Below, in pieces: positions 38,454 through 50,802 of a DNA stretch of 64,000 nucleotides. The stretch is taken from NCBI RefSeq assembly GCF_004010195.1, contig NC_057718.1, forward strand, positions 77,878,318 through 77,942,317. Direction: 5' to 3'. Position 1 is the first letter of the stretch; each line of letters opens with the position of its first letter. The position numbers and the translations under genes were made by a program. Under the pieces are notes generated by a model that searched no databases, had not been told where the DNA came from, and worked only from the letters and a program-made list of their open reading frames with translations. The DNA is from Chiloscyllium plagiosum (taxonomy: Eukaryota).

Positions 38454-39627
38454 AATTCTCCGTTCGGTGTTCTCTGTACCATCACGTCTAGGAATGCAAA
38501 GATTAGAACAAACAGTCTTACCGCAAATTCAACCCAAACTCTGGGTCAGATATGTGGATGGCAGCTTTTTAATCATTAAAAACACAGAAATAGAGAACAC
38601 ACACCGGATCATCAACGCCACACTCGCAGGAATCCGATTCACTAGAGAGGAAGAAAAGGACAACCAACTTCCATTCCTAGACGTAATGGTACAAAGAACA
38701 CCGAACGGAGAATTCACCACAAAGGTATACAGGAAAGCCACACACACAGACCAAGTCCTGAACTACGAAAGCAACCACCCCAACCCACACAAAAGAAGTT
38801 GCATCAAGACACTATTCAAAAGGGCCACAACACACTGCAGTACACCAGAACTGCAAAAAGAGGAAAAAGGACACCTATACAATGTATTTGCCAAAAACTG
38901 ATACCCGTGCAACTTCATCAACAGATGCCTAAGGGAAAGACAACGCAACAAGGACATGCCGCAACCCAAAGGACTAGCCACACTACCATACATCAAGAGC
39001 ATTTCCGAACTGACAGCCAGACTACTGCGACCACTAGGACTCATAACAGCACACAAACCAACAGCCACTCTCAGACAAGAACTCACCAGAACGAAGGACC
39101 CGATACCCAGCATGAGCAAAACCAATGTAGTGTACAAAATCCCATGCAAGGACTGCACAAAGCACTACATAGGACAAACAGGAAGACAGCTAACGATCCG
39201 CATCCATGAACACCAACTAGCCACGAAATGACACGACCAGCTATCCTTAGTATTAACACACGCAGATGACAAGCAAGATGAATTCGACTGGGACAACACT
39301 ACTATTATAGGACAAGCCAAACAGAGAACAGCCAGGGAATTCTAACAGGCATGGCACTCATCCACAGATTCAATCAATAAGCACATCGACCTGGACCCAA
39401 TATACCGACCACTGCTGCGGACAGCTGGAACTGACACCCGGAAGCGGCAGATTCAAACCAGTATAAATGCCAGAGGAAACATCACAGAAGCGCTTCACAG
39501 GAGGCTCCCAAGCACTGAGGATGTCACCTAGACAGGGGACGAAACGTCTGCAACACAAATTCCCAGCTCAGTGAACAGAACCACAACCACAAGCACCCGA
39601 GCTACAAATCTTCTCCCAAAGTTTGAA
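38454..39627 (+). mobile_element. 5'-truncated Penelope-like element (RT C-terminus + GIY-YIG)
   Basis: WVRYVDG, LPFLDV, VYRKATHT, NVVYKIPCKDCTKHYIGQTGRQLTIRIHEH; terminal hammerhead. Confidence 0.92.
39512..39551 (+). ncRNA. Minimal type I hammerhead ribozyme motif
   Basis: GCA CUGAGGA U GUCACCU-AGAC-AGGGGAC GAAAC GUC|UGC. Confidence 0.75.
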
Positions 39628-40894
39628 CATAATTGTGTCTTGAATAAGTTGGTTGTGATTGAAGATTAAAGAAATTGGCCTGAACAATTACTAATGGGAC
39701 GATGAAATTAGCTTGTATGCAGTTTTTGTATGCATCATACGTGAGAAAAGTGACTTTATGATGCACTGCTGCAAGAAGCACAATACTATTGAGCTCAGTT
39801 CATTTTTTAAACCTAGTATTCTATAGAACAGATGTCACACATTCAGTGATATGTTGTCTGCATGGAAGTATTAGTACATTAGTGTTCCATGGTATTGTTT
39901 ACAGTGAAACAGGTGCCGGCAAGAACCCTCAGCAACCACAACTTTAGTTGTAGCACAACTCTTAATTCTGAGCGGTTGTGAAAAGCCTGAATTGAGAAAT
40001 TAGGCTAATTTGATGCGAAGTTTGTCTAATCCTCTGGATTATGCATTAACGAATCAAAAACTGATATAATTGATGCTTTCATTGAGTTGCACTCTGTGTT
40101 TGGCAAATTTTTCAAGGAGCAAGCTAATTCCATTCTGTCTTGAAACATTCTAGAAACTAGTGTCTGCTAGTAGTGATTAAATAGAGTGGTGAGAGCAGGC
40201 TATGTTCTTGTTTGTAGACCTAAACTTGTTTTCACTTGCATGAGTTAGAAGGATAGTGGCCCAGATTTCATGGTCAGCGGCAAAGTGTTGGCATTCCTTG
40301 CTGATCTTGAGAGAAGTTGCTTACAAAGATCTCAGTCACTGTGGCAAGGATTTCCCCATTCCCAGGTCAGTTTGAATCTGACGTCGAGTCGAGAGGATTT
40401 CCAACATCTAGCAGCAGTGGTGCATTAAACAGCAAACCAGGAAATAAGATGCACTATTACTACTTGAAGTACAGATTGAAGCCATTTTTTCAGAATGTAT
40501 ATGTGGAAGAAGCTGAAATATCATTTGAAATGTATTTATTAATCCTAATAGAGAAGTTTAACATGCAAGAGTTTCTATAGACTGAGTTGTTTTTCAATAA
40601 TAATTATAAACTTGATGCCAATTTTCAAAAATAAACAGAAAATGCCAGAAATACTCCGTAACATCAGGCTGCGTCAGTGGAAAGAGGAATACTAATGTGA
40701 TTCAGATCTTTGACATCCATCTCAACTGACAGAAGTGAAGGTGTAATATGTTTTGGGCAAGGAATGAAAAGATCAGGGAGAAAGAGTATGACCGGGCGGA
40801 TGATAGAAATTGAATGAAGTGAGGTAGTTTTCAAGGCTCAGGAATTTAGTGAGGCAAGGAGAGAAACAAAAGATGTGCCTCCAATAGATTTTTG

Positions 40895-41240
40895 TATTCC
40901 TTCATGTGATGTGGGCATCACTGGTTGGCCAGCATTTATTGCCCATCCCTAAATGCCATTGAGAATGTCATGGTGAACTGCTTTCTTGAGCTTTTTACAG
41001 TTGCAGTAGATTGACCTACAATGCTGTTAGGGAGGGAATTCCAGGATTTGGACCCAGTGACAGTGAAGGAATGGTGATATATTATCAAATCAGGGTGGTA
41101 AGTGTCTTGGAAGGGAACTTGTCGGTGATGGTGTTCCAAGGTATGTGCTGCCCTGTTCTTCTAGGTGAAAGCGATTGTGGGTTTGAAAGATGTTGTCTAG
41201 GGATCTTTGAATTTCTGCAGTGATCTTGGAGATGTTGCAG
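40895..41240 (-). mobile_element. 3' end of an L2/CR1-group LINE sharing its tail with the Deu-like SINE
   Basis: TVTGSKSWNSLPNSIV..; tail gggatgggcaataaatgctggcc is also seen at ~49505, ~52620 and ~53370. Confidence 0.6.
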
Positions 41241-41295
41241 ACCATTCAAGCATTGTGTGCACGATACAGCTTTCCCATATTGGCACTAACCACCT

Positions 41296-41335
41296 GAGTT
41301 CTGAGGAAGGGTCACTTGACCTGAAATGTTAACTC
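41296..41335 (+). ncRNA. Hammerhead ribozyme motif in an isolated PLE terminus
   Basis: GAGUU CUGAGGA A GGGUC-ACUU-GACCU GAAAU GUU|AACUC, with a perfect 5-bp stem I. It is followed by the PLE tail cagatgctgccaggcctgctgag. Confidence 0.65.
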
Positions 41336-42289
41336 TGGTTTCTCTCCACAGATGCTGCCAGGCCTGCTGAGCTTTTCCAGCAATTTTTGATTCTGATTCA
41401 CAACATCTTTTTGGTTTTTATTCCCCAGAACCTCAGCTGAGTTTCTGGATTAATAATCTAGTGATAATATTACTGGGCCCACTGTCTTCCCATATGCTGC
41501 TGGATGAGCACCAAAATAAGAGAAACTAAAATAAATGGGAAAAAAAATGTGAGTAGAAACTATGGTCTGAAATTGTTCAACTCCAAAGTTGAGCCCAAGG
41601 TTGTCAAGTGCATAATGGAAGGATGAAGTGCTTGTGTTGAACTATATGGGAACATTGCACTAGGCTGAAGACAGAAGTATGCGAGCAAGGCGCTGAAATA
41701 AAACAGGCTGCTGAAATGTTGGGGTCATGCTTGTGAATTGAATGGAGCTGTTCCAGAAAACACTGTTTGGTGCCTCCAGTATCAAGGAGGACCATTATGA
41801 GCTGTGAATACAGTGGGCCAGATTGAAAGAATTATACACTGCTGTTTTAGTATTTGACATCTAAGATGCTGAGATGAAAGGAACTAAAAGGGGGGCAGTA
41901 TTACATCTTGTATTTGCAGAGATAGGAAGGGAACAGGATGTTCAGTGTGATTGAGGAGTCAGTACCCACAATGTGGTCCCTTCAGAATGCTGAGGGGGCA
42001 AAGGGAAGAAGTTTGGTGGTATCACATTGGAGGCAGCAGAAATGGTGGGGTTGGGGTTTGGGGGGGGGGGGAGCGGGGAGAGAATGATTCTGACTCAAGT
42101 TATGCCTAACACAAAGAAACATGGTTGTGACTGTTGGCTATCAATTACCTCAATACAGGGTATCACTGCTGGAGTTACTCGGTGTAGTGCCCGAGGCTGA
42201 ATCAACTTCAGCATTTTTAAATGAGCTTTCCTTTGGCATGACGTCAGAAGTTGACAGATGATTACCGTTTATTGCAGCATGTTCACCAT

Positions 42290-44300
42290 TCATTCAACTA
42301 TGAATTTAGGAGCAAGAGTAGACCATTACGCTCCTTGAGCCTGTTCTGGCATTCAATAAATTCATGTCTGATCTATTGTATCCTCCAATTCACATTCCCA
42401 CTTACTCCTGTTAATGTTTTACCTTGCTTAGCAAGGATATATTTATTAATGCCTGAAAAATATTGAAGGATTCTGTTTTTGCCACCTTTTCAGGAAGAGA
42501 GTTTCAAAGACACTCGACCCTGAGCGAAAAATGTTGTTTAATGTGTGCTTTAAGTGGGTGTTCCCTGATATTTAGATAATCCGTAGTTCTTGATTCTCCC
42601 ATGATCGGAAACATCCTCTTCAAATCTACACTGCAAAAATCGCTTAGGATCTAGTATAATCAGTCTTAATTATCTCTTAATCTTTGAAAAGCTAAAGGAA
42701 ACAAGCCTAGTCTGTTCAACGCTTCCTCAAGACACATTACCCAATACAGCAATTAGTCTAGTAAACCTCTGAAATGCTTCTATATATCTGTAAATAAGGT
42801 GGCCAATATTGTATACCATACTCCAGGTGCAGTCTTGATTCAGATTCATATGCCCTGTTTGACTGAAGTATAACCTCCTTCCTTTTGAATTCAATTTTCC
42901 TTTGTGATATAAGACATTGTATTAGCTTTTCTAATTACTTCCTGTACCTGCATACCCAATCTCCTGTTTTTCATTCTCCTTTAGCCCTCTGCATCTTAAA
43001 GCTCTGCAATCTGTCAATGTTTTTAGTTCTCCTGCCAAAATGGTGGATTTCTCATTTTCCCAAGTTATATTCAATTTGCCACATTTTTGCTCACTCACTT
43101 TATTTTTTTGTAGCCTCCTTGCGTCCTCTTCACAATTTAATTTCCTATCTTTGTTTCATCAGCTAATTTGGCAACCATGCCTACCCATTCCTTCATCTAG
43201 GTTATTTCTAAAAGTTGTAAACAGTCAAAATATTCAATACTGATTCCTGTGGCTCAGCACTCTTTCCAACCTAATTTATATCTACCCTCCTTTCCATTGA
43301 CCAGCCATTTTTCTCCAACCAAGTCTTCTGTCCATCATGTTGTGGTGTCTCATGTCTTCTGGAAATCAAATTACAGTATATCCATTCATCTACAGTACCT
43401 GTTGCCACCTCAAAGTGCTCCAATAGATTGGCTAGACATAGTTTCGAGGACAGGAAACCATGTTCACTCTACCAGATTGCCTTGGTCTTACCGAAGTATC
43501 CTGCTACAATCTTTTCAATAATAGCTTCTAATAGTTTTCATGATACTGTAAGCTAAGTAGCCTTTACCTTCCTGATTTCTGCCTTCCTCTCTTTATTGAA
43601 AGAAAGGATTTATATTTTCCATCTTCTAGACCAGTGTTACCGTACCTGACTCCTCATGAAGCCTTAGATACTGAGGCAACTTGGGTCTATAATCAGCATA
43701 AGTCTAAATGGAGTACAGGAATAGAGGAACATAAGTTGTTGAAATTGGCTGTTTGATTGTATATAATTTCCTAGACTTGTTAGAGAGGTAAATAGTACAA
43801 GAATAAGGATGTTGTGTCGAAACTTGTATAAAGCACTGGTCCAGCATAAACCAGAGTATTGCATCCACTTCTGGGGAACTGCAATTTGGAAAGGATGTGA
43901 AGGCACTCGAGTACAGAAAAAATCACTAGAATAATTCTGTAGATGAGGAACTTCTTTGGAATGAGGAGAGATTTTATTAGGGTCTATAACTTTAAATGGT
44001 GCCTGTGCAGAGTAGGAAGGGATAAACCCTCTCTGCTCATAAGGGGAACCAGAATGAGAGGGCACATAAAAACAGTAAATGTGATGAGATAAAACTTATT
44101 CACACAAGTTGTAAAGGTAAGCAGTGCAATGCCTGAGTGTGTGGTGGAGACAGTTTCAATTGAAACATTCCAAAGAAAGTTAAACCCTTATTTAAAAAAG
44201 ACGAATGTGCATGGTTGCTGGAAAAATATACCAAGTGAATTGCTAATTTGAGAGCTGATGCACAATGGGTCAAAAAACCACTTGCGCTGTTACAATTGTG
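42290..44300. mobile_element. Old degenerate CR1-type fragments (minus ~42290-43650, plus ~43750-44300)
   Basis: Residual ORF2 C-terminal and 3'UTR similarity (e.g. gagtattgcatccacttctgg). Confidence 0.5.
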
Positions 44301-44518
44301 AAATTATTTCAGTGAGATAGGAACAGACTGAATTGAGGGATCCGCCAATGCACTCTTGTTTATAGATTTTTTTGGAGGTGGTATTAACAAAGTATTCAGG
44401 GTTGGTAGGAAACTGACGTGGGCAGTGGCAGGACGGGTTTAGTGAAAATCACCAGAGGAGATGAGGACAGTGAGCTGGAATTAATAACTTGATAATGATC
44501 TCCTCATGTTCACCTTTG

Positions 44519-44760
44519 AGGAGAAAGTGAGGGCTGCAGATGCTGGAGATCAGAGCTGAAAATGTGTTGCTGGAAAAGCGCAGCAGGTCAGGCAGCATCC
44601 AAGGAGCAGGAGAATAGACGTTTCGGGCATGAGCCCTTCTTCAGGCTCATGCCCGAAATGTCTATTCTCCTGCTCCTTGGATGCTGCCTGACCTGCTGCG
44701 CTTTTCCAGCAACACATTTTCAGCTCTAATCTCCAGCATCTGCAGTCCTCACTTTCTCCT
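44519..44760. mobile_element. Hammerhead-centred fold-back palindrome, copy 4 (both arms complete)
   Basis: ~115-bp near-perfect arms aggagaaagtgag..ctcactttctcct. Minus strand CUGAAGA A GGGC-UCAU-GCCC GAAAC GUC at 44617-44644. Confidence 0.88.
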
Positions 44761-45585
44761 ATCATTTGGAAAACCCCAGTTCAATTCATTCAAAAAGCTG
44801 CAAAGGTTTTGAGAGTTTCTACAGTGGTTTCCACTTGTCTGCATTCCAATGACATAGTCTACAGAAAAGAAGTACTGAGAACAATGTTTGGATTTCCAAA
44901 TTTGTGTACATGTGAACTCCAGAAGTTGGTATCTGTTTCAGGTGAATAATGATGACTGCTGACAGTTTTGCAGTAACTACTACTGAAAAATACAGACAAT
45001 TAAAACATAGTTTTTGAATTGAAACCAAATGTGTACTGAGTCCTCAATGTGCTGCCAGTTTGAAGCTGTTGGAAGTTAATTGGTAGTACACAGTTAATAG
45101 ACCAGAATTCATTAATTCCACAACTGCTTGTCCTCTGATAGTTACTACTTAGGTGAGGCAAAAACTGAAATATTGAATCGTACATCACTGTGAATGTTGC
45201 AACACGACTCAGACTGCAGGAGTTCAAGGTGTTGCTTTATTATCTTTGCCAGGGCAGTTGGGTATTAGCAATTAATGTTGGCCTTTCTGATGATGGCTAT
45301 GTCCCTTGAATTTAAAAATCCACAAACCCTTCCCAGCTGTGTATAGATATTGAACAAGAGACTTTGAACATTGGATCCTGACAAAGAAAGTTTACAGTTC
45401 CAGATGACGACCACTCCTTTTAGCAGTGATCTGATGACATGAACTGAAGAACTTACATTTAATGTTATTGAGCATGGTTGAAGAAAAACATAGGCTGTTA
45501 AGGGCTTGTGCTAAAAAGAAATGGTCTTGGGATTGAGATTGGGATTATGATCAGACTCCTCTCCAGCTCATATCTGTTGTTTTAA

Positions 45586-46982
45586 ACCAAAAGAGAAAAT
45601 GCTAGAAAATCTCAGCAGGTCTGGCAGCATCTGTAAGGAGAGAAAAGGGCTGACGCTTCGATTCTAACTGACCCTTTGTCAAAGCTGAAAATAGGGAGGT
45701 ATTTATACTAGGCTGAGAGAAGGCGAGTCATGGCTCCAGAAGCAAAGGTAGCAGTAAAGAGGTGATAATAATGCGTGGAGAGCTTATGGGGAGATTAGGA
45801 GCTGTGAATGACCAAGGCTGAAGCCAGTGCTACGTGACAAAATATGTGGGGGATGGGTGAAGCAGAGGCAAAATGGAAAACCGAGGAGAACGGTAGCATA
45901 GGGGGAAGAGGAGCGGAAAAAGTGATAGAGTGGGGAGCGAGAGAAAGAAAGACAATCAAGAAATAAGAGGTACAGAACAGTGAACAAAATATATTAAAAA
46001 AAAATAAAATAAATGAAATAAAATTACAGAGCAGAATGAAAACAGGTGTCGAGATGGGATAATCATCTGAAGTTGTTGAATTCAATGTTGAGGCCGGCAG
46101 GCTGTAACGGAAGATGAGATGCTGTTCCTCCAGTTTGCGTTGAGCTTCACTGGAACATTCCAGTTTGCGTTGAGCTTCACTGGAACATTGCAGCAGGCCA
46201 AGAACAGACATGTGGGCATGGGAGCAAGATTGTGTGTTGAAGTGGCAAGCCACGGGAAGGTCCGGGACCTGATTGCGGACAGATCGAAGGCGCTCAGCAA
46301 AGCGATCACCCAGTCGTCGTTTTGTCTCTCCGATATAGAGGCGACCACATTGGGAGCAACGAATGTAATAGACCAAATTGAAAGAGGTACAAGTGAAACG
46401 CTGCTTAATCTGAAATGAGTGTTTTGGGCCTTGGATGGTGAGCATGGAAGAGGTAAAGGGGCAGGTGTTGCACCTTCTGCGATTGCATGGGAAGGTGTCA
46501 TGTGTGATGGGAGAGGTGTTAGGTGTGATAAGAATTGGACTAGGTTGTCCTGGAGGGAACGATATCTGCGGAATACAGACGGGGAGGGAAGGGAAGATAA
46601 GATATGTTTAGTGGTGGCGTCGTGTTGGAGTTGGGGAAAATGGCGGAGGATTATTCTTTGCATGTGAAGGTTGATGGGGTGAAAGGTGAGAACAAGAGGG
46701 GCCCTATCCTTGTTCTGGGAGGGGAGGCAGGGGGTGAGGGTTGTGGCGCGGGAGATGGGCCGCACGCTGTCGAGAGCCCTGTCAACCACTGTAGGTGGGA
46801 AGCCACTGTTGGAGAAGGAGCACATGTTAAGAGCACCACTTTGGAAAGTGGCCTCATCGGAACAAATGCGGCGGAGGCAAAGGAGCCGAGAGAAAGGAAT
46901 AGAGTCCTTACAGGAGAAGAGCTGTAGTCCAGATAGCTGTGGGAGTCAGTGGGCATGTAATGGATATTAGTGGATAGACTAT
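45586..46982 (-). mobile_element. 5'-truncated Penelope-like element with 11-bp TSD
   Basis: PTDSHSYLDY; NLVYYIRCSQCGRLYIGETKRRLGDRFAE (GIY-YIG); tgttgttttaa at 45575-45585 and 46983-46993. Confidence 0.9.
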
Positions 46983-49504
46983 TGTTGTTTTAATATTGGG
47001 ATTGAAAGAAGCAGAAGTCACACGGAACACAAGCTGTTGAGGCAAAGAAGCTGAACTGTTTTCTTGTTGTGATACTATGAAAGATCAGTGAATAATAGAT
47101 TAAAATTCAATGTCGCGTTTCTATTATATATTCCTATCTAGATTTATTGTTGTGAATTTTCCAAAGCAATTGTAACTTTAATTAGTCTGTCTTCACCCTG
47201 GCAGTAGATGAGTACAATCTTACATTTGCAGGAGTGTATGACTACAATGTAATGAGTTTACATGGTAGTTTATCATTTTTTTATATATATAAATAAAGTA
47301 TATGATTGGATAATAATATTGAAGAAAAGAATGAAGATATGATTTTAAAATGAAAGTTGAATTAGATTTCACTGGACCAACATATCCCAGACCCTCTGAC
47401 TCTGTTTAACTGGAATGTTATACTCCATTTGCAATGTTCCAGGAAAAAACTATTATATAGAAAAGTTTCATGTACCACTGCTCAACTTCAGTTTTAACCC
47501 CCCCCCCCCCAAATTTTTACGATTCCACTTACGGATCCCTTGCATTGCATGATAACTGAATGTCAGGATACTACAAATCTGATGAAGATGCGATATTAGC
47601 TGTATGGGAATTTGGGATTGCCCTTGAGCAGTTAGTGTCAAGTGAATGCGATTTTATTTTTGTATTTGCTGCCTTTAGCACAGAATTAAAATGCATCTTG
47701 TTTATTCATTTATACTACACTTCTAGTTTTGTTAAAGACTTGGTATAGCTTAGGTGGCACAGGTGCCTTGAATCAGTAAATACCAAAACTTAATTCCTTG
47801 CCAGAAGTATGGCAAACAAAATTTGTGGCTGTTAACTGCACTTGTTGCATTTCCTTTGTTTTCTCTCGAATAAATATCTAGTTTTGGTTTAGAACGCTTC
47901 AAAGTTCTGTCATAAGCACTTCCTGTGGTCCTAAGTTCTACTTTCTGACCACGAATCAAGAAGCTTCTCCTTATTTCCCTGGATTTGACTTGAGTGAATT
48001 GTTTATGGCTTGTTTTGAATTCTCCTATAAGTAGGAGCATTTTCACTTGATGGTCTCCTTCAACCAGAGCTATGATAGAGTACTATTTGTTTTTAATTCA
48101 GTCAATATAATTGTTTTGTAGCATACTGCTAGTTGTATGGATTTTTCTTTCATATTATCATTGTTAGGTTTAATAAGATAATTCTCCTCTTTCGTCCCTT
48201 CCCTCCTTAAATGCGATATTTAATCATTTCTATGTCTGGATTTTCTAAATTATTGCCTCAAGTTTTGTTTTGAATAGTGCATGTATTGCTAGACCAAAAC
48301 TTAATTCATTTTATTGTTCTTTGTTTTTAGGAGAAGGTTTATCTTGGTCTGTGACTTTATATGATTTCTAGTAATTTGTCCTTCTTTCCTTTTTAGTTTA
48401 ACCTTGATTCTTCTGAAATTTCTGTAAATTCCAGTAATATTGCTTCCCATGATAGCTTAAAATCTCATTTATGGATCTAGTTATCCTGTATTAGAACTTC
48501 GGCTTCAACCTAATTTGGGAGCAGCCTGCCCTAACAGTTAATGTCCCATGAAATAGAGTGCCTTCTTTCTGCACCAGTCCTTTAGCCACATGGTTTTATT
48601 TTAATTGGTTTAGGGGAAAACATTAGTAATATGACTTTTGTGATAATTTCTAGGTATCCTTTTTATGTGGCACCTGAAACTGTCCAAATATGGACTTTAC
48701 ATTGCTGAAGAAAAACATACGTTTTGTTATTGTGCAGCCCTCTAGATAGGTTATCATTGTTAGCCTTGTTGATGTGGTGTTTTTTCAAAAAACACCTTAC
48801 CCTTATTTTTAGTTATATTAATTTGTTCCCTCTTAGGACTTTGCTACTTCCAATTTTTTACTTTTTTTTATAAGACTGATTTGGTTCTGTTTTGGTTCAA
48901 AATAGATAAACTCTAATTTTCCTGTGTTCTTAACGATGAACATGCAATAATGGTACATTGAATGTGGCTTGGATTCCTAATGTGTACAATTTACATCTAG
49001 AATTATGATCCAGAAAATAAAAGATTATTCAGTAAATTGTTTGCTGGCTCCAAGGATACTTGCTATCGATTTCAAAAAATAAATTCTTATCTTGTCATTC
49101 CCCCGATCTTGCTGAATAATTCCCAACTTAACTGATTTTCATCAGGCCAATAAAATGGTGTGTGGTTTCCTCCCCATTTCTGACACTGAATCACATTGTT
49201 GTGTTTCTGTACTGTAGTTTTTAACTAAGTACTATTGGAAAGCAGTTTTTAATGTGGTACTGAATGAGGCATTTTTAAAATATTTTCATCAAGTAACTGA
49301 AAAGCTCCACACAGCATGGTCCTGTAATACTAGGTTGTGTTATTGTCTATACAGATTGTATAGTACTGTAAGGATTGGTAGGTATCATGAAATTGTGGAG
49401 GTAAATAGCTGATAACTATGCTTTACCTCCTGATTTCAAATGAAACCAAAACACTATCTTATTCAAATCCTGGTTAAGTGGTGTATCTACACTGTCATTA
49501 TAGA

Positions 49505-50020
49505 TATTGCCCATCCCTAATTTCCCAGAGAGCAGTTAAGAGTCAACCACATTGCTGAGAGTCTGGAGTCACACATAGGCCAGACCAGGTAAGGATGGCA
49601 GTTTCCTTCCCTAAAGGGCATTAGTCAACCAGATGGACTTTTCCTGACAATCGAGAATGATTTTATGATTATTTCCAGATAATTATTGAATTCCAATTCC
49701 ACCATCTGCCATGGTAGGATTTGAACCTTGAGTAGAGTGGTGCTGGAAAAGCACAGCAGGCCAGGCAGCATCCGAGGAGCAGGAAAATCGACGTTTCAGG
49801 CAGAGGCCCTAACTCCTGATGAAGGGCCTTTGCCCGAAACGTTGATTTTCCTGCTCCTCAAATGCTGCCTGACCTGCTGTGCTTTTCTAGCACCACTCTG
49901 ATCTTGACTGTAATCTCCAGCATCTGCAGTACCCATTTTCGCTTAGGACTTGAACCTTGTCTCCAGAACGTTACTTGGGTCTCTTGGATTAATAGTCTAG
50001 TGATAATACCACTAGGCCAT
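49505..50020 (-). mobile_element. SacSINE1/Deu-like tRNA SINE interrupted by a palindrome
   Basis: Minus head atggcctagtggtattatc..ggttcaaatcc; core ccatctggttgactaatgccctttagggaagg..gactccagac; L2-like tail. Family name is from recall. Confidence 0.65.
49731..49943. mobile_element. Hammerhead-centred fold-back palindrome, copy 5
   Basis: Plus strand CUGAUGA A GGGC-CUUU-GCCC GAAAC GUU at 49816-49843. TSD tagga(t/c)ttgaaccttg at 49715-49730 / 49944-49959. Confidence 0.85.
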
Positions 50021-50802
50021 TTTGCTGAAGCCTGTATCATACTTCACTGATACAGAGCTAGAGCTACATATTAGTGTCACAGTATGTTATTGATCTATTC
50101 TACTAGATCACAAATACAGTAACTCTTAATATAAGACATCTCATAATTGCGTTATCGTGAAACAATTTGAAAGACTGCGCTTGGCATTTGTGAGTTTTCA
50201 TTGTTACAGATCTCTTGTAAGTTTCCCTGTAATTTTCATATTGCTGGCTTTGCTGTAACCTGAATGCACATGAAACAGGCCTTTTTTCTGTCTTTGATTC
50301 TGATTTGTTAAAACATGGCCTGCCAGATTGGGATTTGAAATGTCTAGCTATTAAAAGTAACAGTGACATTATGAATATCAGTAAGCACTTGTTATGTACA
50401 GAAGGTCATATCTAATCTGCTTTGCCCAGTTTCACCACTAAATGTTGATTCGTTGATATGTATGCATAACTGGAACTTAACTGACTTTATACTGTTCCCA
50501 AAACAAAAAGTTGCAGTGAGTTCTAGGTTACTTTTTCTGTTCCAGTGTAAAATAGAGAATATAGTCTGTCCCTGATCCTAACCTTTCTGCAGAAACTGAA
50601 CATGATTTGACACGCATGACACATCAACATTTTCATTCCAATCCATTGGGAAGATTTCCAACTTAACAGTGCTGTAGCAAACAAAGTTATATGGAATAAA
50701 GTTCAGATATGAATGAAGTATTACTACTTGGTGCTGGTAGGTGGGACTAGTTTGGGTCGGGATATCTGGTTGGCATGGACATGTTGGACCGAAGGGTCTG
50801 TT

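Noticed and set aside
44519..44760. Palindromes as classical MITEs, pre-miRNAs or terminators
   Set aside because: Long TSDs in sibling copies, asymmetric arm truncation, hammerhead cores and similarity to PLE termini favour a retroelement origin. There is no evidence for miRNA processing.
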